Below, in pieces: positions 35,253 to 44,557 of a stretch of 64,000 nucleotides of DNA. The stretch comes from Gammaproteobacteria bacterium. Its GTDB lineage: Bacteria; Pseudomonadota; Gammaproteobacteria; Steroidobacterales; Rariloculaceae. The DNA lies in NCBI GenBank assembly GCA_036381015.1, contig DASVDR010000001.1:5325-69324 (forward strand), written 5' to 3'. Made by a program: the position numbers and the translations under genes. How positions within the stretch are numbered: position 1 is the stretch's first letter; every line of letters begins with the position of its first letter. The notes beneath the pieces were generated by a model that saw only the letters and a list, made by a program, of their open reading frames with translations, searched no databases and had not been told where the DNA came from.

Positions 35253-36380
35253 ATGCCGAAACACCGCCTTGGGGTTGGAATCGTCGGCGTCGAGCCGGGC
35301 AGAAGTTGGGCTGCACGAACCCACATTCCCGCCCTGCGAGCATTGTCCGATACCTTCGAGCTCGTTGGTGTAGCCAACAGAAGCAAAGCGAGCGCTGCAG
35401 CGGCGGCCGCCGCAACCGGATTACCTCGGGCGTTCGCCAGCGTCGCCGAGCTGGTGACGGCGCCGGAGGTCGACATCGTCACGGTCGCCGTAAAGGTGCC
35501 GCCTCACCTGGAGATCGTGAAGGCTGCAATCGCTGCAGGAAAGCACGTCTATTGCGAATGGCCGCTCGGCAAGAATTTGGCGGAGGCCGAGGAAATGGCC
35601 GCGCTCGCTGGCGCCAGTGGCGTGATCGGCGTGGTAGGCACGCAGGCGCGTGTCGCGCCGGAAATCGAATATCTGAGACATCTGATCGCGGACGGCTTTG
35701 TAGGGGATATCTTATCCACCACGCTGGTTGGGCGAGGCGGCGCTTTGCAGGGAGGCGGCAGCATCCCCGACAGGAAAACCTGGGCCTACCTGCTCGACCG
35801 ATCCAACGGCGCCACGTTGCTGACTATCCCGGTGGGCCACACGCTGGCCGCTCTGCGGGATGTGTTCGGCGAGCTCGCAGAAGTTTCTGCCGTGTTGGCC
35901 GTGCGACGTCCGGTGGCGCTGGTAGCCGATACGGGGGAAGAGCTCCCCGTAACAGCCCCCGATCAAGTGCTCGTCAGCGGCGTATTCGCTTCCGGCGTTC
36001 CCATCTCGATCCATTATCGGGGCGGCGCGGCGAGAGACGGCGATGGCCTCTACTGGGAGATAAGTGGCACCGAGGGCGACATCCGGATCTCGGGCTCGTC
36101 CGGGCACACGCAGATGGTTCGACTCTCCGTCGAAGGCGCGCGCGGCGACGAGAAGGCATTCGAGCCGCTCGAGGTCCCTCTGTCGTATCGTGCCGGTTGG
36201 CCTGAAGACGTAGAGTCGGGGAACGTCGCCCGCGTCTACGCCAGGATGGCCCGTGATCTGCGGGAGGGCGCTCGCTCGGCCCCAAGTTTCGAAGACGCGG
36301 TGGCGGTTCATCGGATCATCGCGGCAATCGAGCGCGCGGCTGAATCAGGGAGGCGTATTGCGCTCACCGAGCTCAAGTAG
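35253..36380 (+). CDS. Gfo/Idh/MocA-family NAD(P)-dependent oxidoreductase
   Basis: 375 aa. The Rossmann N-terminus is LGVGIVGV...WAARTHIPAL, with the motif EWPLG. It is divergent from the LysR gene. Confidence 0.85.
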   Translation: MPKHRLGVGIVGVEPGRSWAARTHIPALRALSDTFELVGVANRSKASAAAAAAATGLPRAFASVAELVTAPEVDIVTVAVKVPPHLEIVKAAIAAGKHVYCEWPLGKNLAEAEEMAALAGASGVIGVVGTQARVAPEIEYLRHLIADGFVGDILSTTLVGRGGALQGGGSIPDRKTWAYLLDRSNGATLLTIPVGHTLAALRDVFGELAEVSAVLAVRRPVALVADTGEELPVTAPDQVLVSGVFASGVPISIHYRGGAARDGDGLYWEISGTEGDIRISGSSGHTQMVRLSVEGARGDEKAFEPLEVPLSYRAGWPEDVESGNVARVYARMARDLREGARSAPSFEDAVAVHRIIAAIERAAESGRRIALTELK

Positions 36381-36416
36381 GGTGGTCACCGGCACACTGG
36401 CTTCGGCTCAGGCCGC

Positions 36417-36683
36417 TCATAAGGCCGGGCACTGGCACCACTGCGCGGAGAGCCGGCCCGAGCCGAAACTGCACACCAAGTACTGCCCTTCCAAGCAGAA
36501 GACCTGATCGCGCACGGCGGGATCGAGCCAGACTCCGCGACTCGATTCCAGGTAAATCGCATCCGGCCGCAGTTGCGGCGCCGGCGGGTCCACTATCGTG
36601 CACCCGACGAAGGGAATCAAAGCCGCCGCCAAAATCGCACTGCCGTGAGTGTTGATGGCTCGCATCGACGTTCTCCGGTTCAT
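36417..36683 (-). CDS. small putative lipoprotein
   Basis: The N-terminus MNRRTSMRAINTHGSAILAAALIPFVGC has a lipobox. About 88 aa, weak SD. Confidence 0.4.
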   Translation of the reverse strand: MNRRTSMRAINTHGSAILAAALIPFVGCTIVDPPAPQLRPDAIYLESSRGVWLDPAVRDQVFCLEGQYLVCSFGSGRLSAQWCQCPAL

Positions 36684-37161
36684 TGCGTGATCGAGCTCGG
36701 TGTCGTGTCGATGTCGTACGACAGGCATCCGAGACGCCGACAAGTCGTCGTCCAGTCCGTTGGATGCCGCCGATCCTCGATCGGCTGACAGGGAAGCGCG
36801 GGCGGCTGCGCGCAGTATCGATTACCGGCGGGCGGCGGGTGAGGTTACATGGAGTGCCGCGAGCGCGGCGCCGACGATCTCGGCTTCGTCGACGGCGCGC
36901 TAGCCGAGGCGAGACGCGGTGGCGCCCGCGTCAGCCGGATACAGAAGCCGACGTTGTCCCCCGGGTTTCGGGGACGATATCGGGCGCGGCCGATCGGCCG
37001 CTCGCCGGCAGCGCCGGCGGCGGCCGTCGAATCATGACCGTCACGACGCGGCCGGAGTCATCCCGGCTCGCGCCCGCCGCATGCCGATGAGCTGAACCTC
37101 CGCAATGGCTGCGACTGCGATCGCCTGAGCGACGACGGGCCGATCGACGCCGAGCCGGGAA

Positions 37162-37800
37162 ATGCTGCTGCGCCTCGCCAAGCGGCTCGAGGTGCCGCTC
37201 CGCCAGCGCAACACGCTGCTCGTCGCCGCGGGCTATGCGCCGCGTTTCCCGGAACGTCGCCTAAACGACGAAGAGCTCGCGGCTGCATACCGTGTCGTGC
37301 AGCTCGTCCTGAAGGGACACGAGCCGTTCCCCGCGCTTGCGATCGACCGGCATTGGCATCTCGTCGCGCAAAACGATGCGGTTGCGCCGCTCCTATCCGG
37401 CATCGACCCCGCGCTCCTCGCGCCGCCGCTGAACGTGCTGAAGCTGAGCCTGCATCCGGAGGGGCTTGCGCCGAGAATCGCGAATCTCGCGGAGTGGCGC
37501 GAGCACTTGTTCGATCGGCTGCGCAAGCAAATCGAAGCGACGGCGGATCCGGCGCTCGCTGCACTGCTCGACGAGCTCGAGACTTACCCGGCGCCGCACG
37601 AATCGGCTCACGTCAGCACGATTTCGCAGTACGCGGGCATTGCGGTGCCGCTCAGGCTCGTCGTCGACGACGTCGAGCTCGCGTTCTACAGCACCACGAC
37701 GGTTTTCGGCACGCCGCTCGACGTCACGCTGTCCGAGCTCGCGATCGAGGCGTTCTTTCCTGCGGACGAGCGTACTGCAGCAGCGCTCCGTGGAGGGTGA
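37162..37800 (+). CDS. MmyB-like regulator ligand-binding domain, lacking the N-terminal XRE helix-turn-helix (probable truncated remnant)
   Basis: PSREMLLRLAKRLEVPLRQRNTLLVAAGYAP plus the downstream region match the MmyB-like family. In-frame upstream codons read ATTGRSTPSRE and are preceded by TGA at 37126..37128, so the ~50-aa HTH is missing. Confidence 0.6.
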   Translation: MLLRLAKRLEVPLRQRNTLLVAAGYAPRFPERRLNDEELAAAYRVVQLVLKGHEPFPALAIDRHWHLVAQNDAVAPLLSGIDPALLAPPLNVLKLSLHPEGLAPRIANLAEWREHLFDRLRKQIEATADPALAALLDELETYPAPHESAHVSTISQYAGIAVPLRLVVDDVELAFYSTTTVFGTPLDVTLSELAIEAFFPADERTAAALRGG

Positions 37801-37970
37801 TGTCGCGCGCGTTGGCCGCACGGCGGCCGACGACAGCCGCGCCTCAGCCTTTCCCCGCTTTCGGCTCGTAGATCTGGATCAGGTTGCCGCAGGTATCGGA
37901 GAACACCGCGATCGTGACATGCCTGTGACCAAAGGACGGTCGAGGAAGGCGGCCCCCCCGGCCGCGAACG

Positions 37971-38594
37971 TCAGAATCCGGAGGCGAGCGTTTGCCGGTA
38001 CGCGTCGAGCTCGGCGGCCGCGACGGCGCGCTCCTCCCGCAGCGCGTCGTTCTCGGCCGATAGCTCGCCGTGGCGCTTGCCGAGCTCGGCTGCCTCGGCC
38101 ACCAGCCGGACGCGCTCCTCCGTCGACGTCTCGCTGCTCGCGATGGACGCCGCGATCTCGGTCAGCTCCTGCTTGATGCGTTCCTGCTCGCGCGCGTTGC
38201 TCGCGATCAGGCCGTCGATGCGGCTCACGCTCGACTCGAGCTCGTAGAGCCGGCGGCCCGATTGATATGCGGCGAGGAATTCCGGCTCGAGATCCGCCGG
38301 GCACACGCCGCGGTACAGGCCCCCGCTGCGACCGACGTCGAACCCGCGGCCGGGCCGGCAGTAGACCTCGAGGCCTTCGGAATGACCGGCGCGGTAGCTC
38401 TCGAGATCGGGCGAGACGCCGTGTTTCGCGCACGCCTCGCGATAGCGGCCGATCGTGCCGACGGGCCGGCCGGCTGCGCCGTCCTCGAAGCCCACCGTCC
38501 TCCAATCGGATACCAGGCAGGCCTGCTCGCTCATCGCGGCACAGCCGGAGAGGACGAGCGCGGCCGCGATGCAAGGCGCCGTGCGAAACATCAT
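37971..38594 (-). CDS. DUF2799-family lipoprotein with a C-terminal coiled coil
   Basis: Start at MMFRTAPCIAAALVLSGC (lipobox). The core is DWRTVGFEDGAAGRP...YREACAKHGV...Y..G...GLEVYC. Confidence 0.75.
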   Translation of the reverse strand: MMFRTAPCIAAALVLSGCAAMSEQACLVSDWRTVGFEDGAAGRPVGTIGRYREACAKHGVSPDLESYRAGHSEGLEVYCRPGRGFDVGRSGGLYRGVCPADLEPEFLAAYQSGRRLYELESSVSRIDGLIASNAREQERIKQELTEIAASIASSETSTEERVRLVAEAAELGKRHGELSAENDALREERAVAAAELDAYRQTLASGF

Positions 38595-38731
38595 CGTTGC
38601 ATCCGAAATGACGACGCGGGGAGTATCGGCGACGGACCGGCGCGGCCACAGGATCGCGGTCACACTCCGTGATGCGCGGGGCTCCGGAAGCTCTCGGCCC
38701 GAGGGCCGCCCGCGCCGGGGCGACGAGCGAA

Positions 38732-39544
38732 TCAGTAGCTTTCGTCGTCCGACGGAAACGAGCCGCTTCTGACGTCGTCGCCGTACCGGCGGAACGCGTC
38801 TTCCATCGTCGCGGCGAGCTCCGCGTAGCGCCGCACGAAGCGCGGTCGAAACTTCGTGAAGAGACCGAGCATGTCGGGCGTCACGAGAATCTGACCGTCG
38901 CAGAACGGCCCGGCGCCGATGCCGATGACCGGCACGTCGACGCTCGTCGTGACCTCCTTCGCGAGCGCGGCCGGCACCTTTTCGAGCACGAGCGCAAAGA
39001 CCCCGGCCTCTTCGAGCGCCTTCGCGTCGCGCAGAATGCGTCGGGCTTCGGCATCCGCGACGCCGCGTGCCTTGTAGCTGCCGAACTGGTGAATCGATTG
39101 CGGCGTCAGGCCGAGGTGACCCATGACCGGGATGCCCGCATCGACGATCCGCTTGACCGTCGGGCAGACGGGCTCCCCGCCCTCGAGCTTCACGGCTTCG
39201 GCCAGCGCTTCCTTCACGAAGCGGCCCGCGTTGCGCAGGGCGTCCTCTTCGCTGACCTGGTAGGACATGAACGGGAGATCCCCGACGACGAGCGCGCGAT
39301 TCACGCCGCGCGTTACGACCTGCGTGTGGTAGAGCATCTGCTCCATGGTCATCGGGATCGTCGTGTCGTGGCCGGCGAACGCATTGCCGGCGCTGTCCCC
39401 GACGAGGATGAGATCGATTCCCGCGCGATCGAGAATGGCGGCGGTGAGATTGTCGTAGGCCGTGAGACAGGCGATCTTCTCGCCGCTCGCCTTCATTTCC
39501 CGCAGGCGCTGCGTCGTGACCTTGCGGCCGGCCGTGGACGTCAT
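38732..39544 (-). CDS. panB: 3-methyl-2-oxobutanoate hydroxymethyltransferase
   Basis: Start at ATG 39544 (SD GGAG). Motifs are [24 protein letters not shown] and IGIGAG. 270 aa. Confidence 0.9.
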   Translation of the reverse strand: MTSTAGRKVTTQRLREMKASGEKIACLTAYDNLTAAILDRAGIDLILVGDSAGNAFAGHDTTIPMTMEQMLYHTQVVTRGVNRALVVGDLPFMSYQVSEEDALRNAGRFVKEALAEAVKLEGGEPVCPTVKRIVDAGIPVMGHLGLTPQSIHQFGSYKARGVADAEARRILRDAKALEEAGVFALVLEKVPAALAKEVTTSVDVPVIGIGAGPFCDGQILVTPDMLGLFTKFRPRFVRRYAELAATMEDAFRRYGDDVRSGSFPSDDESY

Positions 39545-39722
39545 CCGTCGTCTCCGTCGTTCGATGCGCGCATTATGCCCTCTATCGGGCAGCCGGCCCC
39601 ACCTCGTCGCAGACCGCCTGCGTGCGCCTCTTTTTCGCGAGCCCGACTCGGGACCGGCGGGGGATCGGGGTCCGCGACGCGGCTGCTGGACTGGCCCTGA
39701 CCCGACATCTATCCTTGAGCCG

Positions 39723-42203
39723 ATGAAACGTTCTCGGCTCTTCCTCGGCAGCGTTCTCGCCGCCGGCGGTGCCGTCCTCGCCGCCGGCATCGTCGTATAC
39801 CGAGCCGGTTTCATCGGTCGATCCGCAGAGCGGCAATGGGCGATGCTCGACCGTTACTGCACGGACTGCCACAACCCGGTAGACCGGGCGGGCGAGGTCG
39901 TCTTCGAGGGTCTCACGCCGGCATCGGTCCCCGCGCATGCCGCGACGTTCGAGGCGGCGGTGCGCAAGCTCCGCGGGCGCCTGATGCCGCCGCCGGGCGC
40001 CCCGCAGCCCGAGCAGGAGCAGCTCGACGCGTTCGTGGCGTTCCTCGAGGACACGATCGACGCGACCGCGCCGGCGCAAACGGCCGGGCACGTGCCGATC
40101 CAGCGATTGAACCGGACGCAATTCGCGATCACCGTGCGCGATCTGCTCGGCGTCGAGGTCGACGCGGAGGAGATTCTGCCGGCCGAGATCGAGGTGGACG
40201 GCTTCACGAACGTCGCTGCGGCCCTGAGCGTCTCGCCGACGTTCCTCGAGCAGTACCTCACTGCCGCGCGCACGATCGCCCGCCTCGCCGTCGGAACGCC
40301 GGAGCCGAAGGTCCAGAGCGAGGCTTACCCGCCGCCGGCCGGCGATCAGGACGACTACGTCGACGGCATGCCGCTCGGCACGCGCGGCGGCACGCGGTTC
40401 GAGCACTATTTCCCCGCGGACGGGGAATACCGGATCACGGTCACCGATCTCGATGTCGGGCTCTACCCGCGGTCGCTCGAGACCGAGCAAACGCTCGTCG
40501 TCCTGATCGATCGCGACGAGGTGTTCCGGGCGAAGCTCGGCGGCGCCGAGGATCTCGCGTTCGTCGATCGCGGCGGCGCGCCGGCCCGGGCCGAGATCAT
40601 GAAGCGCTTCGCCGACATTCCGGTGCACGTGAAAGCGGGGAGGCACGAGGTCGTGGTCACCTTCATCGAGCGCTCGCGCGCGGCCACCGACACGCGCATT
40701 CGCGGATTCGTGCCTTACGGCGGCTTCAACTACGTCGGCGAGATGCGGGTTCCGCGCGTGATCGGCCCGATCGAGGTGGCGGGCCCGTTCGGTCCGACCG
40801 AGCTTTCGCGCACGGAGAGCCGCGACAAGATTTTCATCTGCGAGCCGGAGGTGCCGGCCCGGGAGCGCGCGTGCGCCGAGCGCATCGCCGCCCGTCTCGC
40901 GCGGCGCGCCTTCCGGCGGCCGGTCACGCAGGACGACCTCGCGTGGCTCATGCCCTTCTACGAGGCCGGCCGCGCGGACGGCGGCAGCTTCGACGCCGGC
41001 GTCGAGCAGCTCGTCACCGCCGTGCTCGCGAGCCCGGATTTCCTGTATCGGGCGATCACGCCGCCGGAGAACGCGGCCGACGCCGAAGTCTTCGCGCTCG
41101 ACGATCTCGAGCTCGCGTCGCGCCTTTCGTTCTTCCTGTGGAGCAGCGGGCCGGACGACGAGCTGCTCGAGCTCGCCGAGGCCGGCAAGCTCCGGGAGCC
41201 GGCGACGCTCGAAGCGCAGGTCGAGCGGATGCTGGCCGATCCCCGCGCGGAGAACCTCGTCACGGACTTCGCGCTCCGCTGGCTCGATCTCGACGACCTC
41301 GATGCGGTCGAACCGGACGCCCGGCTGTTCCCCGAGTGGAGCGACGAGCTGCGCGCGGACTTCGCGACGGAGATCCGGCTCTTCCTCGCGAGCATTCTGC
41401 TCGAGGACCGCGACGTGCGCGATCTGCTCACGGCCGATCATACGTTCCTGAACGAGCGGCTGGCCGAGCACTACGGCATCGAGGGCGTGCACGGCGCGCA
41501 GTTCCGCCGCGTCACGCTCGAGGACGAGGCCCGCAAGGGGCTGCTCGGCAAGGGCGCCGTGCTGCTGCGCACGTCCTACGGCGACCGCACGTCGCCGGTG
41601 CTCCGCGGCGCCTGGGTGCTCGAGAAGATCATGGGCACGCCGCCCGCGCCCCCGCCGCCGAACGTCGAGACCGATCTCTCGACGCCGAAGGGCGAGCGCC
41701 CGAAGACGATCCGCGCGCGCCTCGAGGCGCATCGCCAGAGCGCGACGTGCAATGGGTGTCACGGCGTGATCGACCCTTACGGCCTCGCGCTCGAGAACTT
41801 CACCGTCACCGGGCGGTGGCGCGACTTCGACACGGAGGCGCAGGCGCCGATCGACGCGAGCACCGTTCTCCCGGGCGGCGTCTCCGTGACCGGGCCCGTG
41901 GAGCTTCGCGAGGCGCTGCTCCGGCGGGAGGACCAGTTCGTGCAGGCGCTGACGCGGCGCCTGATGCAGTACGCGCTCGGCAGGAAGCTCGAGTATTACG
42001 ACATGCCGCAGGTGCGCGCCGTCGTGCGCGAGGCCGCCGAAAAGGACTACCGCTTCCCGGCGATCGTCGCCGGCATCGTGAAGAGCGACGCGTTCAGGAT
42101 GCAGGCGATGCCTCCGCGGGACGACACCGATCCGGCGCGCGTCGCGGCTGCCGCAACTGCCGCGACCGGCGTCGCGACGTCGGCGGCTGCAACGCCCGAT
42201 TGA
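39723..42203 (+). CDS. DUF1592/DUF1588/DUF1587/DUF1585/DUF1595-family protein with two CXXCH motifs (copy 1)
   Basis: Start at ATG 39723 ([22 protein letters not shown]). The N-terminal motif is DRYCTDCHN and the C-terminal one is [21 protein letters not shown]. 826 aa. Confidence 0.85.
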   Translation: MKRSRLFLGSVLAAGGAVLAAGIVVYRAGFIGRSAERQWAMLDRYCTDCHNPVDRAGEVVFEGLTPASVPAHAATFEAAVRKLRGRLMPPPGAPQPEQEQLDAFVAFLEDTIDATAPAQTAGHVPIQRLNRTQFAITVRDLLGVEVDAEEILPAEIEVDGFTNVAAALSVSPTFLEQYLTAARTIARLAVGTPEPKVQSEAYPPPAGDQDDYVDGMPLGTRGGTRFEHYFPADGEYRITVTDLDVGLYPRSLETEQTLVVLIDRDEVFRAKLGGAEDLAFVDRGGAPARAEIMKRFADIPVHVKAGRHEVVVTFIERSRAATDTRIRGFVPYGGFNYVGEMRVPRVIGPIEVAGPFGPTELSRTESRDKIFICEPEVPARERACAERIAARLARRAFRRPVTQDDLAWLMPFYEAGRADGGSFDAGVEQLVTAVLASPDFLYRAITPPENAADAEVFALDDLELASRLSFFLWSSGPDDELLELAEAGKLREPATLEAQVERMLADPRAENLVTDFALRWLDLDDLDAVEPDARLFPEWSDELRADFATEIRLFLASILLEDRDVRDLLTADHTFLNERLAEHYGIEGVHGAQFRRVTLEDEARKGLLGKGAVLLRTSYGDRTSPVLRGAWVLEKIMGTPPAPPPPNVETDLSTPKGERPKTIRARLEAHRQSATCNGCHGVIDPYGLALENFTVTGRWRDFDTEAQAPIDASTVLPGGVSVTGPVELREALLRREDQFVQALTRRLMQYALGRKLEYYDMPQVRAVVREAAEKDYRFPAIVAGIVKSDAFRMQAMPPRDDTDPARVAAAATAATGVATSAAATPD

Positions 42204-42217
42204 GCAGGAGTCAGGTC

Positions 42218-43567
42218 ATGTTTCTCACGAGGAAGCACCTTTCCCGCCGAACGGTTCTCAAAGGGACGGGCGTCGCGGTCGGGCTGCCGCTGCTCGACGC
42301 GATGATCCCCGCCGCCACGGCGCTCGCCGACACCGCCGCCGCGCCGCAGCTTCGCGTCGGCTTCTTCTATATTCCGCACGGCGCGATCATGTGGAACACC
42401 GCGCACGGCCCGGAGATGGACCAGTGGACGCCGAGCGGGGCCGGCGAGAGCTTCCGCTTGAGCCCGATCCTCGAGCCGCTCGAGCCGTTCAAGCGTTACG
42501 TCGCGTCGTTCTCGAACCTCGAGAACAAGGCGGCGCGGAATTCCGTGCACACGCTCGTGCCGGCGACGTGGCTGAGCGCTGTGCGGCCCGACACGGACGC
42601 AAGCGGCGCGAGCATGGCCGCGACGATCGACCAGATCATCGCGGGCCGAATCGGGCAGGAGACGCCGCTGCCGTCGCTCGAGGTCGCCTCCGAGAACACC
42701 ATTCAAGCGGCCGCATGCTCGGTCGGCAGGGGAGGCTGCTACTACAGCTCCACGCTGTCGTTCCGTACGCCGACGTCGCCGCTGCCGATGGAGTTCAACC
42801 CGCGCAAGGTCTTCGTGCGGCTGTTCGGCGAAGGCGATACGCCGGAAGAGCGCGAGGCCGTCGCGCGGCAGACCAAGAGCCTCCTCGACCTGATCGCCGA
42901 CCGGACGAAGGCGCTCGAGCGCAAGCTCGGCGCCGGCGACCGCGTGATTCTCGGCCGCTACCTCGATACCGTGCGCGAGATCGAGCGGCGCATCGAGATG
43001 GCCGAGCGGCGCGACCTTTCGGGGATCGAGGTGCCGGAAGCGCCGATCGGCGAGCTCGACTCGTTCGACGAGCAGGTCAAGCTGATGTTCGATCTGATCG
43101 CGCTCGCCTTTCAGGCGAACCTCACGCGTGTTGCGTCCTACATCATGGTGGCGGAAGGCACGAACCGCACGTACAACCACATCGGCGTGCCGGACGCGTT
43201 CCACCCGCTGTCGCACCACGCGAACGATCTCGAGCGGCTCCGCAAGCTCGTGCGCATTCAGCGCTATCACGTCGAGCGCTTCACGGAGTTTCTCGCGAAG
43301 CTCGACTCCATCCCGGACGGCCAAGGCACGCTGCTCGACCATTCGATGCTGCTCTACGGGTCGAACATGAGCAACAGCGACCGGCACAACAACTATCCGC
43401 TGCCGACCCTCCTCGTCGGGGGCGGCTGCGGAACGTTGCAAGGCGGCAGGCACATAGAGCTGCCCGAGCACACGACACTCGCGAATCTGCACCTCACGGT
43501 GCTGAACAAGGTCGGCTTCGAGCTCGCGAGCTTCGCCGACAGCACCGGCGAGATCGCCGGAGTCTGA
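42218..43567 (+). CDS. DUF1552 domain-containing Tat-signal protein (copy 1)
   Basis: Start at ATG 42218 (SD GCAGGAG). The N-terminus MFLTRKHLSRRTVLKGTGVAVGLPLLDAM is the typical DUF1552 start. 449 aa. Confidence 0.85.
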   Translation: MFLTRKHLSRRTVLKGTGVAVGLPLLDAMIPAATALADTAAAPQLRVGFFYIPHGAIMWNTAHGPEMDQWTPSGAGESFRLSPILEPLEPFKRYVASFSNLENKAARNSVHTLVPATWLSAVRPDTDASGASMAATIDQIIAGRIGQETPLPSLEVASENTIQAAACSVGRGGCYYSSTLSFRTPTSPLPMEFNPRKVFVRLFGEGDTPEEREAVARQTKSLLDLIADRTKALERKLGAGDRVILGRYLDTVREIERRIEMAERRDLSGIEVPEAPIGELDSFDEQVKLMFDLIALAFQANLTRVASYIMVAEGTNRTYNHIGVPDAFHPLSHHANDLERLRKLVRIQRYHVERFTEFLAKLDSIPDGQGTLLDHSMLLYGSNMSNSDRHNNYPLPTLLVGGGCGTLQGGRHIELPEHTTLANLHLTVLNKVGFELASFADSTGEIAGV

Positions 43568-43630
43568 GATGCCGTCGAGAACGCGGGCGCCCGCGCATCG
43601 GGCGCGGAAGATCGAGCGATCGCGTTCGGC

Positions 43631-44557
43631 GTGATGAACCGCAGGTCGCTGCTGAAGAGCGGATTGACGGCGCTCGCTGGGGCCGCGCTACGCTGCCCGC
43701 CGCGCGCGGCCTTCGCCGCGGAAGCGCTCTCGGTCACCCCCGTCGCCGACGGTATCGTCGTGATCGCCGGCGCCGGGGGCAACGTCGTCGCGAAGGCGAC
43801 TGCGCAGGGGCACGTGCTCGTCGACAGCGGCGCCGAGGCCGCCGGGAACGCGCTGCTCGCCGCGCTCGGCGGGCTTCCGGGCGGCGAGCGCGTCGGCACG
43901 CTGTTCAACACGCACTGGCATCGCGAGCAGGTCGGGTCGAACGCGGCTTTGGGACGGGCCGGCGCGACGATCGTCGCGCACGAGAAGACCCGGCAGCGCC
44001 TCGCCGTCGGCTACTACGTGCCGGCCGAGGATCGCTACGAGAAGCCGTTGCCCCCGGAAGCGCTCCCCACGGAGACCTTTTACACGCGCGGCGAGACGGT
44101 CGCCGGCGGCGAGCGGATCGAGCACGGCTATCTGCTCGAGGCGCACACGGATGGCGACATCTACGTGTTCTTCCGCGACGCGAACGTCATGGCGGTCGGC
44201 GGCGCCGTGTCGCCCGTTCGGGACCCCGAGCTCGACTGGTTCGGCGGCGGTTGGATCGGCGGGCGCGTCGATGCGCTCGCGATGCTGCTCGAGATCAGCG
44301 ATGCCGAAACCCGGTTCGTTCCGAGCTACGGTCCGGTGATCGGCCGCGCCGAGGTGCAGGCCGAGCACGATCTGATGCTCACGCTGTTCGAGCGCACGGT
44401 CGAGCTGCTGCGGAAGGGCTACAGCGCCGAGGACATGCTCGCGGCCGGCGTGATGGACGGGCTCGGCCGGCAATTCGACGATCCGCTCGCGTTTCTGGAC
44501 GCGGCTCACAGGAGCCTATGGGCACATCACAACACGCTTTCGCACGACATCGTCTGA
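43631..44557 (+). CDS. Tat-signal MBL-fold protein with a degenerate metal-binding motif
   Basis: The N-terminus is MMNRRSLLKSGLTALAGAAL. The MBL motif-2 position reads NTHWHREQ instead of HxHxDH. A later segment is EAHTDGD. Confidence 0.75.
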   Translation: MMNRRSLLKSGLTALAGAALRCPPRAAFAAEALSVTPVADGIVVIAGAGGNVVAKATAQGHVLVDSGAEAAGNALLAALGGLPGGERVGTLFNTHWHREQVGSNAALGRAGATIVAHEKTRQRLAVGYYVPAEDRYEKPLPPEALPTETFYTRGETVAGGERIEHGYLLEAHTDGDIYVFFRDANVMAVGGAVSPVRDPELDWFGGGWIGGRVDALAMLLEISDAETRFVPSYGPVIGRAEVQAEHDLMLTLFERTVELLRKGYSAEDMLAAGVMDGLGRQFDDPLAFLDAAHRSLWAHHNTLSHDIV

